Shown here: positions 1 through 8,856 of the stretch, one piece after another
How the letters are laid out: every line of letters starts with the position of its first letter
How positions within the stretch are numbered: the first letter of the stretch is position 1
Assembly (NCBI GenBank): GCA_965649265.1
Contig: CBFGKC010000006.1
Location: 114,975-178,974 of the forward strand
Source of the DNA: a candidate division WOR-3 bacterium
Lineage (GTDB): Bacteria; Hydrothermota; Tepidihabitantia; B3-TA06
Length of the DNA stretch: 64,000 nucleotides
Reading direction: 5' to 3'
Position numbers and translations under genes: made by a program
The notes under the pieces: model-generated
Database searches by the model: none
What the model saw: the letters and a program-made list of their open reading frames with translations, nothing else
What the model was told of the DNA's origin: nothing

Positions 1-915
1 AAGCGACGGGTTCATGGAGTACCCGGCCGCGTTCGAAACGCGCGATGGGCTCGACCAGGTCTCGCCGCGGTCCAGTGAATACTCGGTGAATATCTCGAAG
101 TTATAGTCAAACCGCCTGTCCATCCACGCGAGATAGATCACCGAATCCTGGACCTCTATCGTCGGCATCCACGAGCTTGCCGGGTCGTCCGTGAGGCGTG
201 TATCCTCGCTCCAGGTCATGCCCGCATCCGCCGAGCGCTTGAAATAAATCTCCCTCGAGCCCGAGCGCGCGTCCGACCAGACCACGTAGACGTTGGAATC
301 CTTTACCGCCACGCAGGGGAAGCATGAATCCGAAGGAATCTGTACGAGCCGCACATCCGCGTCCCAGGTCTGACCGGCATCCACCGATCGCTTGTAGTAA
401 ACCTCGTCCGTGGCGTTGCGGTTGTCCTCCCACACGACGTGGACGAAGGTGCCCGAAGCCGCCATCGAGCCGAAGCGCGAGCGCGCGGGGTCCGTCGTAA
501 GGCGGACCTCATCATCCCATGTCTGGCCGTCGTCCGAAGACCGGCGGAAGTACATCTCCAGGTTGCCGTCGCGCCAGTCCTGCCACAGGACGTACACGAG
601 GGAATCCTCGACCGCGATTGAAGGATATGCCGACCCGCTTGGCGTGAGGCTGACCTTCATTGCGTCGTTCCAGGTCACACCCTTATCGGCGGACCTGATG
701 TAGTAGAGGTTGTTCGGGGCCTCGGCCTCACCCCAGATGACGTGAACGGTTGCGTCCCATACCGCCATGCAGCGGGAGTTGTTGTATCCCAGGTACGACC
801 ATGTCGGTGTCTCGGAGAGCTGTTGTAACGGTTCCCAAAGAACCTCCGCGTCGAGTGTTCCGGTTCCTGAGATCGCGATAAGCAGCGAAATCATGACTGA
901 AAAGAAAGTCTTCAT
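1..915 (-). CDS. BNR/Asp-box repeat secreted protein (sialidase-like beta-propeller), C-terminal part off-window
   Basis: Absent from the ORF track because it runs off the window edge. My translation from ATG 915 (AGGAGG 5 nt upstream) gives MKTFFSVMISLLIAISGTGTLDAEVLW... with S-x-D-x-G-x-T-W boxes SADKGVTW, SSDDGQTW, SVDAGQTW, SADAGMTW, SLDRGETW. The frame stays open to position 1. Paralog of 978..2417. Confidence 0.8.
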   Translation of the reverse strand, partial: MKTFFSVMISLLIAISGTGTLDAEVLWEPLQQLSETPTWSYLGYNNSRCMAVWDATVHVIWGEAEAPNNLYYIRSADKGVTWNDAMKVSLTPSGSAYPSIAVEDSLVYVLWQDWRDGNLEMYFRRSSDDGQTWDDEVRLTTDPARSRFGSMAASGTFVHVVWEDNRNATDEVYYKRSVDAGQTWDADVRLVQIPSDSCFPCVAVKDSNVYVVWSDARSGSREIYFKRSADAGMTWSEDTRLTDDPASSWMPTIEVQDSVIYLAWMDRRFDYNFEIFTEYSLDRGETWSSPSRVSNAAGYSMNPSL

Positions 916-977
916 CCATTCCTCCTGAATGTTATTTTAAATCGAATCTGTAGAGAGACCACGGCCGTTGAAGCCAG

Positions 978-2417
978 TCAGCGTAAAACAATCAACTTGC
1001 GCGAAAGAATCCTGTCTCCGGATTCAAGAATGCACAAGTAGACGCCTTCCGGAGCCATGCTTCCGGTGATGTCGGTTCCGTCCCACGAGACCGTATGGCT
1101 GCCTTCGGGCACTCGCTCGCACAAGAGCGTCTTCACGAGTCTTCCGGAAGCGTCAAGCAGCTTCAACCGCACGCTGCCTGCCGCCGGTATGTCAAAGTAC
1201 ACCAGCGCCACGCCTGAATTTATGAGCGATATCTTTAACGCCGGTCCATCTGCGTGGGGTTTCTCGCTTGTCCCCGGTTCAGGCTTATGGGGGATTAGCG
1301 CTTTTTTGTAGTATATCTCGTGGTTGCCGCTTTCGTTGTCCTGCAGGATCATATGCAGGACAGAATCCGAGAGTGCAAGAAAAGGGCTGTAAGAAGTAGC
1401 GGTGTTATTGCTGAGATTGGTATCGGCGCTCCAGGTCGCGCCGAGGTCGGTCGAGTACTTGAAATAAATTTCGGCGTTGCCGTCGCGGAAATCGTACCAG
1501 GCGAGGTAGACGGCCGAATCGGACGTTACCATATACGGGGTGCGGGAGTGACCGGCGGCATCCGTGAGTCTTTGGTCAGGGCTCCAGGTTGTACCCGCAT
1601 CCAGCGAATGCTTGTAGTATATCTCGTGGTTGTTCCACGGGTCGTTGCGGTCGTCAGTCCATGCAACGTGAATGTTTGAGCCGTTGACCGCAATGGCAGG
1701 ATGCTCCGAGTTCTTGGGATCGTCCTCGATGCTTGCATTTTTATCCCAGCTTTGGCCTTTGTTTCCGGAATGCTTGTAGTAAATCTGTGTGCCTTCTACC
1801 CATACGATATAGACGTCTGAACCCTGTGATCGAACGGCGGGGAACGAAGAGCGGAGAACGGTTCCTGAAAGATTCGTGTCCGCACTCCACGTGGTTCCGT
1901 TATCGGTCGAACGCTTGTAATATACCTCCATGTTGCCGTCGCGGAAGTCCTGCCAGACAAGATGGAGCACCGAATCCGAAACCGCTATCGATGGATACAG
2001 CGAGGAGTCGGCGTCGAATGTCAGCCGCTGCTCTTCCGTCCAGGTGCTTCCGGAGTCCTCGGAGCGCGTGTAGTATATCTCGTTCCACGCGTTCTGCCAT
2101 ACCACGTGAACGAGCGCTCCCTCTGTCGCGATTGCAGGGTAGTCGGCGGCGCCCGGCGCGTGAGAGAGCACCGTATCCCCGAGCCACGTTTGGCCTTCGT
2201 CGAGCGAGCGGGCGTAGCGGATGTTATATGGACCGTACGCCTCGCCCCACACCGCGTGAAGGACCTTGCCCGAACGGACGAGCGACTGCGTGTTGTTGTA
2301 GCTGAGGTATGACCATGAGGGCGTGTTCGATATCTTTTGGCCGGGCTGCCACTGCGGCTGCGCCGCGAGCGTTGCCGCGAACACTAAAGCGATGACTGCT
2401 GAAAGAAGGTATTTCAT
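978..2417 (-). CDS. BNR/Asp-box repeat protein with T9SS-type C-terminal sorting domain
   Basis: Asp-boxes SLDEGQTW, SEDSGSTW, STDNGTTW, SGNKGQSW, SLDAGTTW, STDLGATW. Signal peptide MKYLLSAVIALVFAATLAAQ from ATG 2417 after GGAGG (track ORF extends to 2459). C-terminus ...VRLKLLDASGRLV...GVYLCILESGDRILSRKLIVLR. Confidence 0.8.
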   Translation of the reverse strand: MKYLLSAVIALVFAATLAAQPQWQPGQKISNTPSWSYLSYNNTQSLVRSGKVLHAVWGEAYGPYNIRYARSLDEGQTWLGDTVLSHAPGAADYPAIATEGALVHVVWQNAWNEIYYTRSEDSGSTWTEEQRLTFDADSSLYPSIAVSDSVLHLVWQDFRDGNMEVYYKRSTDNGTTWSADTNLSGTVLRSSFPAVRSQGSDVYIVWVEGTQIYYKHSGNKGQSWDKNASIEDDPKNSEHPAIAVNGSNIHVAWTDDRNDPWNNHEIYYKHSLDAGTTWSPDQRLTDAAGHSRTPYMVTSDSAVYLAWYDFRDGNAEIYFKYSTDLGATWSADTNLSNNTATSYSPFLALSDSVLHMILQDNESGNHEIYYKKALIPHKPEPGTSEKPHADGPALKISLINSGVALVYFDIPAAGSVRLKLLDASGRLVKTLLCERVPEGSHTVSWDGTDITGSMAPEGVYLCILESGDRILSRKLIVLR

Positions 2418-2548
2418 CCGGACCTCCAGTTTTTTTCTCCGCCGTCCGGCGAAGTCCACAAAGATTGAGATAAGGATAATGTATGTCGAAAAGGCTCATT
2501 GTCAAGAGGGGGGAGGGGGCAGTGCCTGGAAGTTTGTTGCATCCGGTA

Positions 2549-2576
2549 TTGACAACGCTTGGTCTCGGCCTATATT
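2549..2576 (+). promoter_or_regulatory. sigma70-type promoter TTGACA-N16-TATATT
   Basis: TTGACA 2549-2554, TATATT 2571-2576. ATG-TAA start-stop pair at 2581-2586, 4 nt after the -10. About 70-nt leader to the 2652 gene. Confidence 0.5.
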
Positions 2577-2651
2577 AAAGATGTAAACTTTGACTCCCCA
2601 CGGGGTCCCCACGCAGACGCGAAGTGGATGCGCAGGGTATAACATTCGGAG

Positions 2652-4340
2652 GTGAACGTGAAACGGTTAGTGCTTTTAATAGTAATCCCAATGATAATCT
2701 TTGCAGGGGATGGATGGGTGAGGACATATGGTGGAGGTGGAGGATGTTGTGTACAATTGACTGATGATGGTGGCTATATTATTGTTGGGGTAAATAGTGA
2801 GCATCTCTCGATTCTTAAAACTGATGGAAACGGTGATACATTGTGGACGAGTTTTTTTCCTGAAGGAATTTGGAGTATCGGGAAGAGCATTACAGAAACA
2901 AGTGATGGATGTTATATTGTAACTGGGTTATTACATGGTTCGGGGATAAATGAAGTCGGTCTTTGGTTAATTAAGGTGGATTCCGTAGGCAAAACATTGT
3001 GGTCATATGTCTACGGAAGTGAGGAAGGAGCTGACGGTGAGTGTGTACAAAAAACAAACGATGGAAACTATATAATTACTGGTATTGTTAAAGGTGATCT
3101 TTGGTTGCTTAAAGCCAACCCTCAAGGTGATACCATTTGGACGAAAAGATATGGCAGAGAGGGTTACGAGGATATCGGTTTATTCCTCGAACAAACAAAG
3201 GACGGTGGTTTCGTAATTACAGGCTATAAAGATTATTCTGTTGCTCTGGGAAGCGAACCTAATTTGTGGTTATTAAGGACTAATTCTCAAGGTGATACCC
3301 TGTGGACAAAAAACTATGGTGGTTTGGGTATTTGTAAAGGGACCTGTGTTCGTCAAACCGAAGATGAGGGGTTCATAGTTACTGGTATAAACCGTTCACT
3401 CAATGACCTATGGTTAATCAAAACCAATAACGCAGGAAACATTGTTTGGTCTAAGATATATGACTGCGGTGTTAACTGGGATGCATCACCTTGTATTCAG
3501 AAAACTATTGACGGGGGGTATATTTTAATAACTATGACTCTTGCTTTTGGTGCAGGTTCCGTAGATTTCTGGTTAGCTAGAACGAATATTGACGGCGACA
3601 CTTTATGGACACGAACCTATGGAGGAACCGGTATAGATTGGCCGTATTATGTACAACAAACAAATGACGAAGGGTACATTCTCGTAGGTTCGGGGATGGG
3701 AGGGCTTATTGTGATTAAGACAGATTCTTTAGGAGATATCGCGGTGGCTGTTTCTCCCACCGATATCGGTCGACCAGACAACGGTGGCGATTATTACGGG
3801 GTTAGACCAGGTGCATATTTTACAAATTGGGGAACATTTGAAGAAGCAAAAGGCTTCTATTGTCATTGTGAAATTGCAGATATCAATGATTCAACTTTAT
3901 TCTACCATGACAGCGTTTTAATCGCTGCTCCCATTAAACCTTGGGAAACAAGATACGTATCATTTGTTCAGTGGATTGCACCTGCGATATCCAGTTTCAC
4001 GGCAACATTCTATACAACAAAAGCCAATAATCCACAGAGAAAGTCAGTTTCCTTTCGTTGGAGCGGTATCGCTGAACCCGTAACACCCGTAAGGTACCAG
4101 GCTTCTCCAGAAATGGAGATATCCTCATCAATCGGTTCGACCATCACCCTTCGCTACTCGAACTGCGCCGACGGTTTCCGGGCGTCCGTCTACGACGCGT
4201 CTGGAAGAGAAATTGACGAGATAGAATCGTCCTCAACCTCAGGCACACTAGAATGGGGGGAGTGTTACGGGCCTGGAATGTACTTTATACTTGCCGAGGG
4301 CTCGAATAGAAGCCCGACAAAGGTCGTGCTGGTCAGGTAG
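2652..4340 (+). CDS. Secreted repeat protein (about seven ~50-aa T-x-DGGYI-x-G...D-x-WL-x-K-x-D-x-GD-x-W repeats, probable beta-propeller) with T9SS-type C-terminal domain
   Basis: GTG start at 2652 or 2658 after GGAGG. Hydrophobic N-terminus KRLVLLIVIPMIIFAG. The repeat is seen 7 times. C-terminus ITLRYS...SVYDASGREI...GMYFILAEGSNRSPTKVVLVR. Confidence 0.7.
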   Translation: MNVKRLVLLIVIPMIIFAGDGWVRTYGGGGGCCVQLTDDGGYIIVGVNSEHLSILKTDGNGDTLWTSFFPEGIWSIGKSITETSDGCYIVTGLLHGSGINEVGLWLIKVDSVGKTLWSYVYGSEEGADGECVQKTNDGNYIITGIVKGDLWLLKANPQGDTIWTKRYGREGYEDIGLFLEQTKDGGFVITGYKDYSVALGSEPNLWLLRTNSQGDTLWTKNYGGLGICKGTCVRQTEDEGFIVTGINRSLNDLWLIKTNNAGNIVWSKIYDCGVNWDASPCIQKTIDGGYILITMTLAFGAGSVDFWLARTNIDGDTLWTRTYGGTGIDWPYYVQQTNDEGYILVGSGMGGLIVIKTDSLGDIAVAVSPTDIGRPDNGGDYYGVRPGAYFTNWGTFEEAKGFYCHCEIADINDSTLFYHDSVLIAAPIKPWETRYVSFVQWIAPAISSFTATFYTTKANNPQRKSVSFRWSGIAEPVTPVRYQASPEMEISSSIGSTITLRYSNCADGFRASVYDASGREIDEIESSSTSGTLEWGECYGPGMYFILAEGSNRSPTKVVLVR

Positions 4341-4677
4341 AACCGGATGTTCGCTCGCATTGAGTGGGGGAGAGGGCTTTTGTGAAGGCGAAGAAGGTGG
4401 TTCTAGTCAGTTAAACTTCACCGCCCCCTCCCCCTCCGGATACCGGTGGAATTTTTTGTGCCCGGGACGAATGAGGCGATTGCCTCGGCCCATGCGCCTC
4501 CCAGTCGCTGTTTGTCCCACTTCTGACCCACACTTTGACCGACTGCCGTAAGGGGCGGCTGACCCTCCTTCGGAGTGTTTGAAGTTTGCCTCGATTTCAT
4601 TTTTCAGTAGGCATACTTCCCCGCAATAATCGAAATTTCGCCCTGAATATGCCATGAAAAAAACCCAAAATTGGCCA

Positions 4678-4720
4678 TTTTGTCCATCTTTTGTCCCACT
4701 TTTGTCCAGCTTTTTTTACC
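4678..4720 (+). repeat. Phased 11-bp T-tract array (TTTTGTCCATC TTTTGTCCCAC TTTTGTCCAGC TTTTTTTACC)
   Basis: Direct reading. Near-identical copy at 49618-49661 and a variant at 49685-49728. Confidence 0.8.
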
Positions 4721-4885
4721 CCAAAATAGTCGCATTTTCCTCAAGAACGGACTACAATTTTGTGGGGATTCCCGTTTTTTCACCCCGGACGTCCACTTCG
4801 CCTCGCTCGTATCAAGCGGACTCCCCGTTTACCCAGTTATAAAATGAGATTCCACAAGATTAAGCCTGACTTGTGCTTATGAACG

Positions 4886-7153
4886 TTATCTCAAAATCAC
4901 GAGCTTGGTTTTGTAGCGGAACGAGCTGCCTTTTGCTTCAACGAAATACACGCCGCCGGGCATAGGACGGTTGAGGTTGTCCTTCGTGTCCCAGGTGTAA
5001 CTTACGTTATTCGAATAGATTACGGAAAGAGGAACCTGTCTTACCACTTGTCCTGCGATGTTGTAAATCGTCAGATTGACCGTTTGTCCCGGATCGGCTG
5101 AAAACAAAATCTCGGTTTGATTATTGGTAATATTCGGAATACATTCGAGCCCGTCGATTGTCGAGGTCACACCTGTTTTAAGTATCGGTACTGTAACGAC
5201 ATGCGAATCGTTGTTCGAATGAGGCAGAATGATAAAAATACGTTTTCCCCTGATCTCATAACTTTGCAGTTTAACCCCGTCCATCCATAAGTTACCATTA
5301 ATTTTGTACTTGTCTGGATCGAATTCGATGACCAGGGTTTCGTCCCTGCTGAGTTTCCCGTTAAAGGAAAAGACCAGACCTATATATTTTGAATATGAGT
5401 AACTTATGTTGTGTATGTCCCGAAGCTCATCCATGAAATCGCCGTATTCGTCAGGAAACAGGTAATCGAGATGGGGAAAATCGGTTTCCATAGCGGTGAA
5501 AACCTTATTGATTTTATCGTATGCCGTATCAGAACCACCATCGAACCATGCCCATGGATGTCCAGCAGTCAGCACATATTTTCCTTTCTGCAATAATATC
5601 TTGACGGAATCATAATTATCTGGTGTATCGCCCGACCACGTTGAGGAAAGGAGCCATAGTCGATTACTAGGTGAATAAACGGGGCACACAAAAGTATTCA
5701 CTTTGGATTTCGCTCTTACGAAGGAATAATCACTGACTTTAAAACCGTGGCGGAGCAGTGAAGAAGTAAGGGAAGCGCACGTTTTGAATCCGGGGGGACG
5801 AATGAAACGCAAGGATTTGTTCGTCAGACCTAAGGAGTCGTACATCTTTTCGATTCTTACGAAAGTGGATTCAGCACCTATCGAATCGTTGTGCTCAAAC
5901 TCCCAGCCTGGCCCCAGAGAATCCGGCGTCGGATAGTCAGGCTCGCTGTCACTTGGGGTGTGGTGCAGACCGTGGCTGCCCAAACGCGCCTGGTCTTCGT
6001 AGCCGTAAATCAAGTTTGCGTTTTCTATGTTGCGCAGCCAGGCCCTGTATTCTTCAGTTGAATGGTAGAGGACATTCCTGTACTTACCGTTTACTCGCCA
6101 CCACCGGGTTTCTTCAGGGTTTTCTACCCAGGAGCTGTCCCTGACATAATTAAGCAAGATCAGCCATCCCTGTTTCATGCGAGGATGATCTTCCAACAAT
6201 CTTACCATGCAATGACTTATTGGAGTTGTCGTATCCTGTCCGGATTTAGGCACGAACCATGTGGGCGGCGATCCTGGTTTTTTAGGAACCTCAAAGGGGA
6301 TGTTGTCAAACATCATCATTACGATTTGCTCGTTCCCGTTGGGGAACGGGGAGAAGTATGCGAGAGGGCATTCGAGTGCTGTTTGAATTTCTTCTGAGGC
6401 GTTGCCTAAGACAAGTTCATAACTGCATTCGAGAACATCACCAGGGCCAAGAATGGAGTAAGATGCCGGGCCGGTCCATGAATTTATTTTTCTCAACAAC
6501 TCACTTTTTAGAGTCCATTCCTTTGAGTGTGAAATGTGGTTAAGATTCCACAATCCCCAATAAGGGTTTCTTGAGATTACCCATAACGTGGAGTAAAGAT
6601 TTCGGAATTCTAGTATAGGGAAAACACTCAAGGGAGATTTTTTTAAAGTATCAGTGTCGGAAAAAGAGTAGACTTCGCCTGTATGATTATAAGTCTTGAA
6701 AGATTCGAAAGTCGGTATCTTCGATGTGAGATCAAGCCCTTCGGGAAATTTTACCGTGTCGAGTGCCTCGAAGCGGTATTTCAAGAACAGATGATTTTCC
6801 ACAAGCGTCATTTCAATTTCTGTGGAGAGGTTAAGCGGGGTAGCACTCGAATTGGTGAATTGCGGAGAAAATATTTTAATCTTATTTGTGTCCAGTATTA
6901 CGACTTCTCCCGATGAAGGAAAGTAGTCGCCCGCCCTGAGGGCAAAAAAATCATTTGTTCCGTCAACGATCTTTTTTTCTCCGGCGGTAAGATTCAGGAT
7001 AGAACCGACAGGGGTTTTCAATTTCGTAACACTCGTAGTGACTTCAAATGAAGATGATCTTATTGACCATGTGCCGTCGAGATTATTGATTACTGTTGCG
7101 AAACCAAATCCACGGATCAATAAAAACGAAATTAAAACAAGAAAACGTTTCAT
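4886..7153 (-). CDS. Large secreted protein of unknown function with T9SS-type C-terminal domain
   Basis: Signal peptide MKRFLVLISFLLIRGFGFA from ATG 7153 (track ORF extends to 7207). C-terminus VNLTIYNIAGQVV...GGVYFVEAKGSSFRYKTKLVILR. The central region is not recognisable to me. Confidence 0.65.
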   Translation of the reverse strand: MKRFLVLISFLLIRGFGFATVINNLDGTWSIRSSSFEVTTSVTKLKTPVGSILNLTAGEKKIVDGTNDFFALRAGDYFPSSGEVVILDTNKIKIFSPQFTNSSATPLNLSTEIEMTLVENHLFLKYRFEALDTVKFPEGLDLTSKIPTFESFKTYNHTGEVYSFSDTDTLKKSPLSVFPILEFRNLYSTLWVISRNPYWGLWNLNHISHSKEWTLKSELLRKINSWTGPASYSILGPGDVLECSYELVLGNASEEIQTALECPLAYFSPFPNGNEQIVMMMFDNIPFEVPKKPGSPPTWFVPKSGQDTTTPISHCMVRLLEDHPRMKQGWLILLNYVRDSSWVENPEETRWWRVNGKYRNVLYHSTEEYRAWLRNIENANLIYGYEDQARLGSHGLHHTPSDSEPDYPTPDSLGPGWEFEHNDSIGAESTFVRIEKMYDSLGLTNKSLRFIRPPGFKTCASLTSSLLRHGFKVSDYSFVRAKSKVNTFVCPVYSPSNRLWLLSSTWSGDTPDNYDSVKILLQKGKYVLTAGHPWAWFDGGSDTAYDKINKVFTAMETDFPHLDYLFPDEYGDFMDELRDIHNISYSYSKYIGLVFSFNGKLSRDETLVIEFDPDKYKINGNLWMDGVKLQSYEIRGKRIFIILPHSNNDSHVVTVPILKTGVTSTIDGLECIPNITNNQTEILFSADPGQTVNLTIYNIAGQVVRQVPLSVIYSNNVSYTWDTKDNLNRPMPGGVYFVEAKGSSFRYKTKLVILR

Positions 7154-7294
7154 AGACTGTGTTAAAGGGCTTTGTTCAGCCAGGCAAGGAAAATTCCCGC
7201 CCTTCATGATTTTTAAAAGTAACCCGCACGGTTGATGGTATAAATATCACCACTACTACCTCTGAACAATACCCTTACCTCCTTTCATAAACAA

Positions 7295-7322
7295 ATTATA
7301 ATATGAGGTGCGTGTTTGTCAA
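7295..7322 (-). promoter_or_regulatory. sigma70-type promoter TTGACA-N16-TATAAT (minus strand)
   Basis: Reverse complement reads TTGACA (7322-7317), aacacgcacctcatat, TATAAT (7300-7295). An ATG at 7288, 6 nt after the -10, opens a 10-codon mini-ORF MKGGKGIVQR. Confidence 0.55.
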
Positions 7323-7437
7323 GGACTTATCGGAAAGAAGCATTTGTACTTTATATAGATAAGTTTGTTGTCCTTCATTCATGTCTTTTGTATTTTCTCT
7401 TGAAGCGGCACATATGATTTTTTTTGCAATGTACGAA

Positions 7438-8856
7438 TTAGCGTGTGACGGTAGACAAGTCAAAACGGGAAAACCCGGCGTCAGTGGCAATCCAGAGATA
7501 ACGATCTTGCAGAGCTACTGCGGTGACATTATCCGAAAGCAAACCGTCCTTTGATGTGAGGGAAAGCTGGTAGTTGGTTTCCGGATTGTATATGGTAACT
7601 CCGCCCTTGCCGCCGATTATTATGAGGCTGTCCGTTCCGGTTACCGAACGCTGCGGAACCGGCATAAATCCTGGGGTTACGTAATATGACCAGCCTGACC
7701 GCGATTGCTTGACCACAAGGGAGCCGGTCCAGAAATAGCGAGCGTTTTTGCCCCTAACTATCGCAAGTACGTCGTTTCGAACGAGTTTCATGCGTTCATC
7801 CTCAAGTGGAGCAGGAGAGCCTTTTGGTATTATTGCAAGCGTTATCCCATCCTCAGACGCAACGAAAAGCGAGTCTTTGTGAAAATCGACATCGTAAATT
7901 GTTTTTTGGGTGGTAATTGTTGACAGGGTTCTCGCCCCGAGATTATAAACGTCAATTTTCAGAGGGGCAAGAAGAAAGAGGTTTCCTTCTATAAGTCGAG
8001 CCTTATCATAGGTTGTCAGGCGGAGGTTCCCGGCGATGCCGTCGCTCCAGGCGGGCTGAGGACTGGTCGTGGTTCCCCAACGTGAAAATGCCCGAAATAC
8101 AGTACTTCCGTTTCTCTGAACTAACTGATCTACTCCGTTCGTACCGAAGGCGTAAAGCGAGGTATCCGAACTGAAAAAAGAACTTACATCTACAGCTCCA
8201 GGGCTTTGGTATCGTAAGAGCTCGCGCCAGGAGAGCGCGTCAAATACCAGATATCCATACCCCGGTACTGATACGTAGGCCCTGTTCCTGAATTTGAAAA
8301 CCATGGTGTAGGAGCGCTGCATGAGGGCATCATCGGTAAAAAACCACGGATTTAAATAAGGGTAACTGCGTGGTTTACTCTCAGGGGTATTCGGCCCGAA
8401 CCAGTGAGTTGTCGAATCAGGTTCAACGTTTTTCTCCTGGCCGGAGAGCTTCTCGACAGGCTGTACAAACGAGCCGTGGTCCAGAAACAGGTATTCGTTC
8501 GAGAGTCCAATTTTTGAGACAGGTGAGACTTTTGAAAGAATTATAGAACTTGTAATTCCACTCTGCGGTTGGAAAGTGTAAAGCCTGCCTTCTGTCGTGA
8601 CGACCCAAAACCCGATAATGCTGCGGTCGTATATCGCCATTGATATGTTTTGAGGCAGCCCCCTCTCTGCTCCAAATGTCTCTCCGGGCAGGTTAGTGGA
8701 GGCGTCAAGTGTTAGTATTGACGTCCTGGTTACGGCGTATACGCTGCCGAAGACGTCATCGGCCGTGAAATTTCTTATTTCGTACAGCTTCGGATACTGC
8801 TGCCAGTCCGAGGGATTAAAGAAGTATGCCAGAATCGAGAGCAGGATTGCGTTCAT
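7438..8856 (-). CDS. Hypothetical beta-propeller-like protein (two-component-regulator-propeller-like C-terminal motif)
   Basis: 472-aa ORF. Its ATG overlaps the nnr stop (ATGA at 8853-8856), implying an operon. C-terminal LSDNVTAVALQDRYLWIATDAGFSRFD resembles Reg_prop repeats. Weak assignment. Confidence 0.5.
   Translation of the reverse strand: MNAILLSILAYFFNPSDWQQYPKLYEIRNFTADDVFGSVYAVTRTSILTLDASTNLPGETFGAERGLPQNISMAIYDRSIIGFWVVTTEGRLYTFQPQSGITSSIILSKVSPVSKIGLSNEYLFLDHGSFVQPVEKLSGQEKNVEPDSTTHWFGPNTPESKPRSYPYLNPWFFTDDALMQRSYTMVFKFRNRAYVSVPGYGYLVFDALSWRELLRYQSPGAVDVSSFFSSDTSLYAFGTNGVDQLVQRNGSTVFRAFSRWGTTTSPQPAWSDGIAGNLRLTTYDKARLIEGNLFLLAPLKIDVYNLGARTLSTITTQKTIYDVDFHKDSLFVASEDGITLAIIPKGSPAPLEDERMKLVRNDVLAIVRGKNARYFWTGSLVVKQSRSGWSYYVTPGFMPVPQRSVTGTDSLIIIGGKGGVTIYNPETNYQLSLTSKDGLLSDNVTAVALQDRYLWIATDAGFSRFDLSTVTR

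Noticed and set aside
1733-2312. Plus-strand ORFs of 190 and 116 aa
   Set aside because: Antisense to the BNR-repeat gene (six clear Asp-boxes). The translations are Arg-rich low-complexity.
4678-4720. DnaA boxes/oriC, given parAB in the window
   Set aside because: TTTTGTCCCAC/TTTGTCCATC do not fit TTATCCACA (3-4 mismatches in any register). There is no dnaA or dnaN nearby, and the arrays are far from parAB. I also saw no parS-like TGTTNCACGTGAAACA palindrome.
7213-7269. 18-aa TTG-initiated sORF (MFRGSSGDIYTINRAGYF) 7 nt after a strong AAAGGAGGT in the 5' UTR of 4886..7153
   Set aside because: It has no conservation evidence and a non-ATG start. The SD-like sequence is also explained as codons 2-4 of the leaderless mini-ORF at 7288. 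Kept only as a note.
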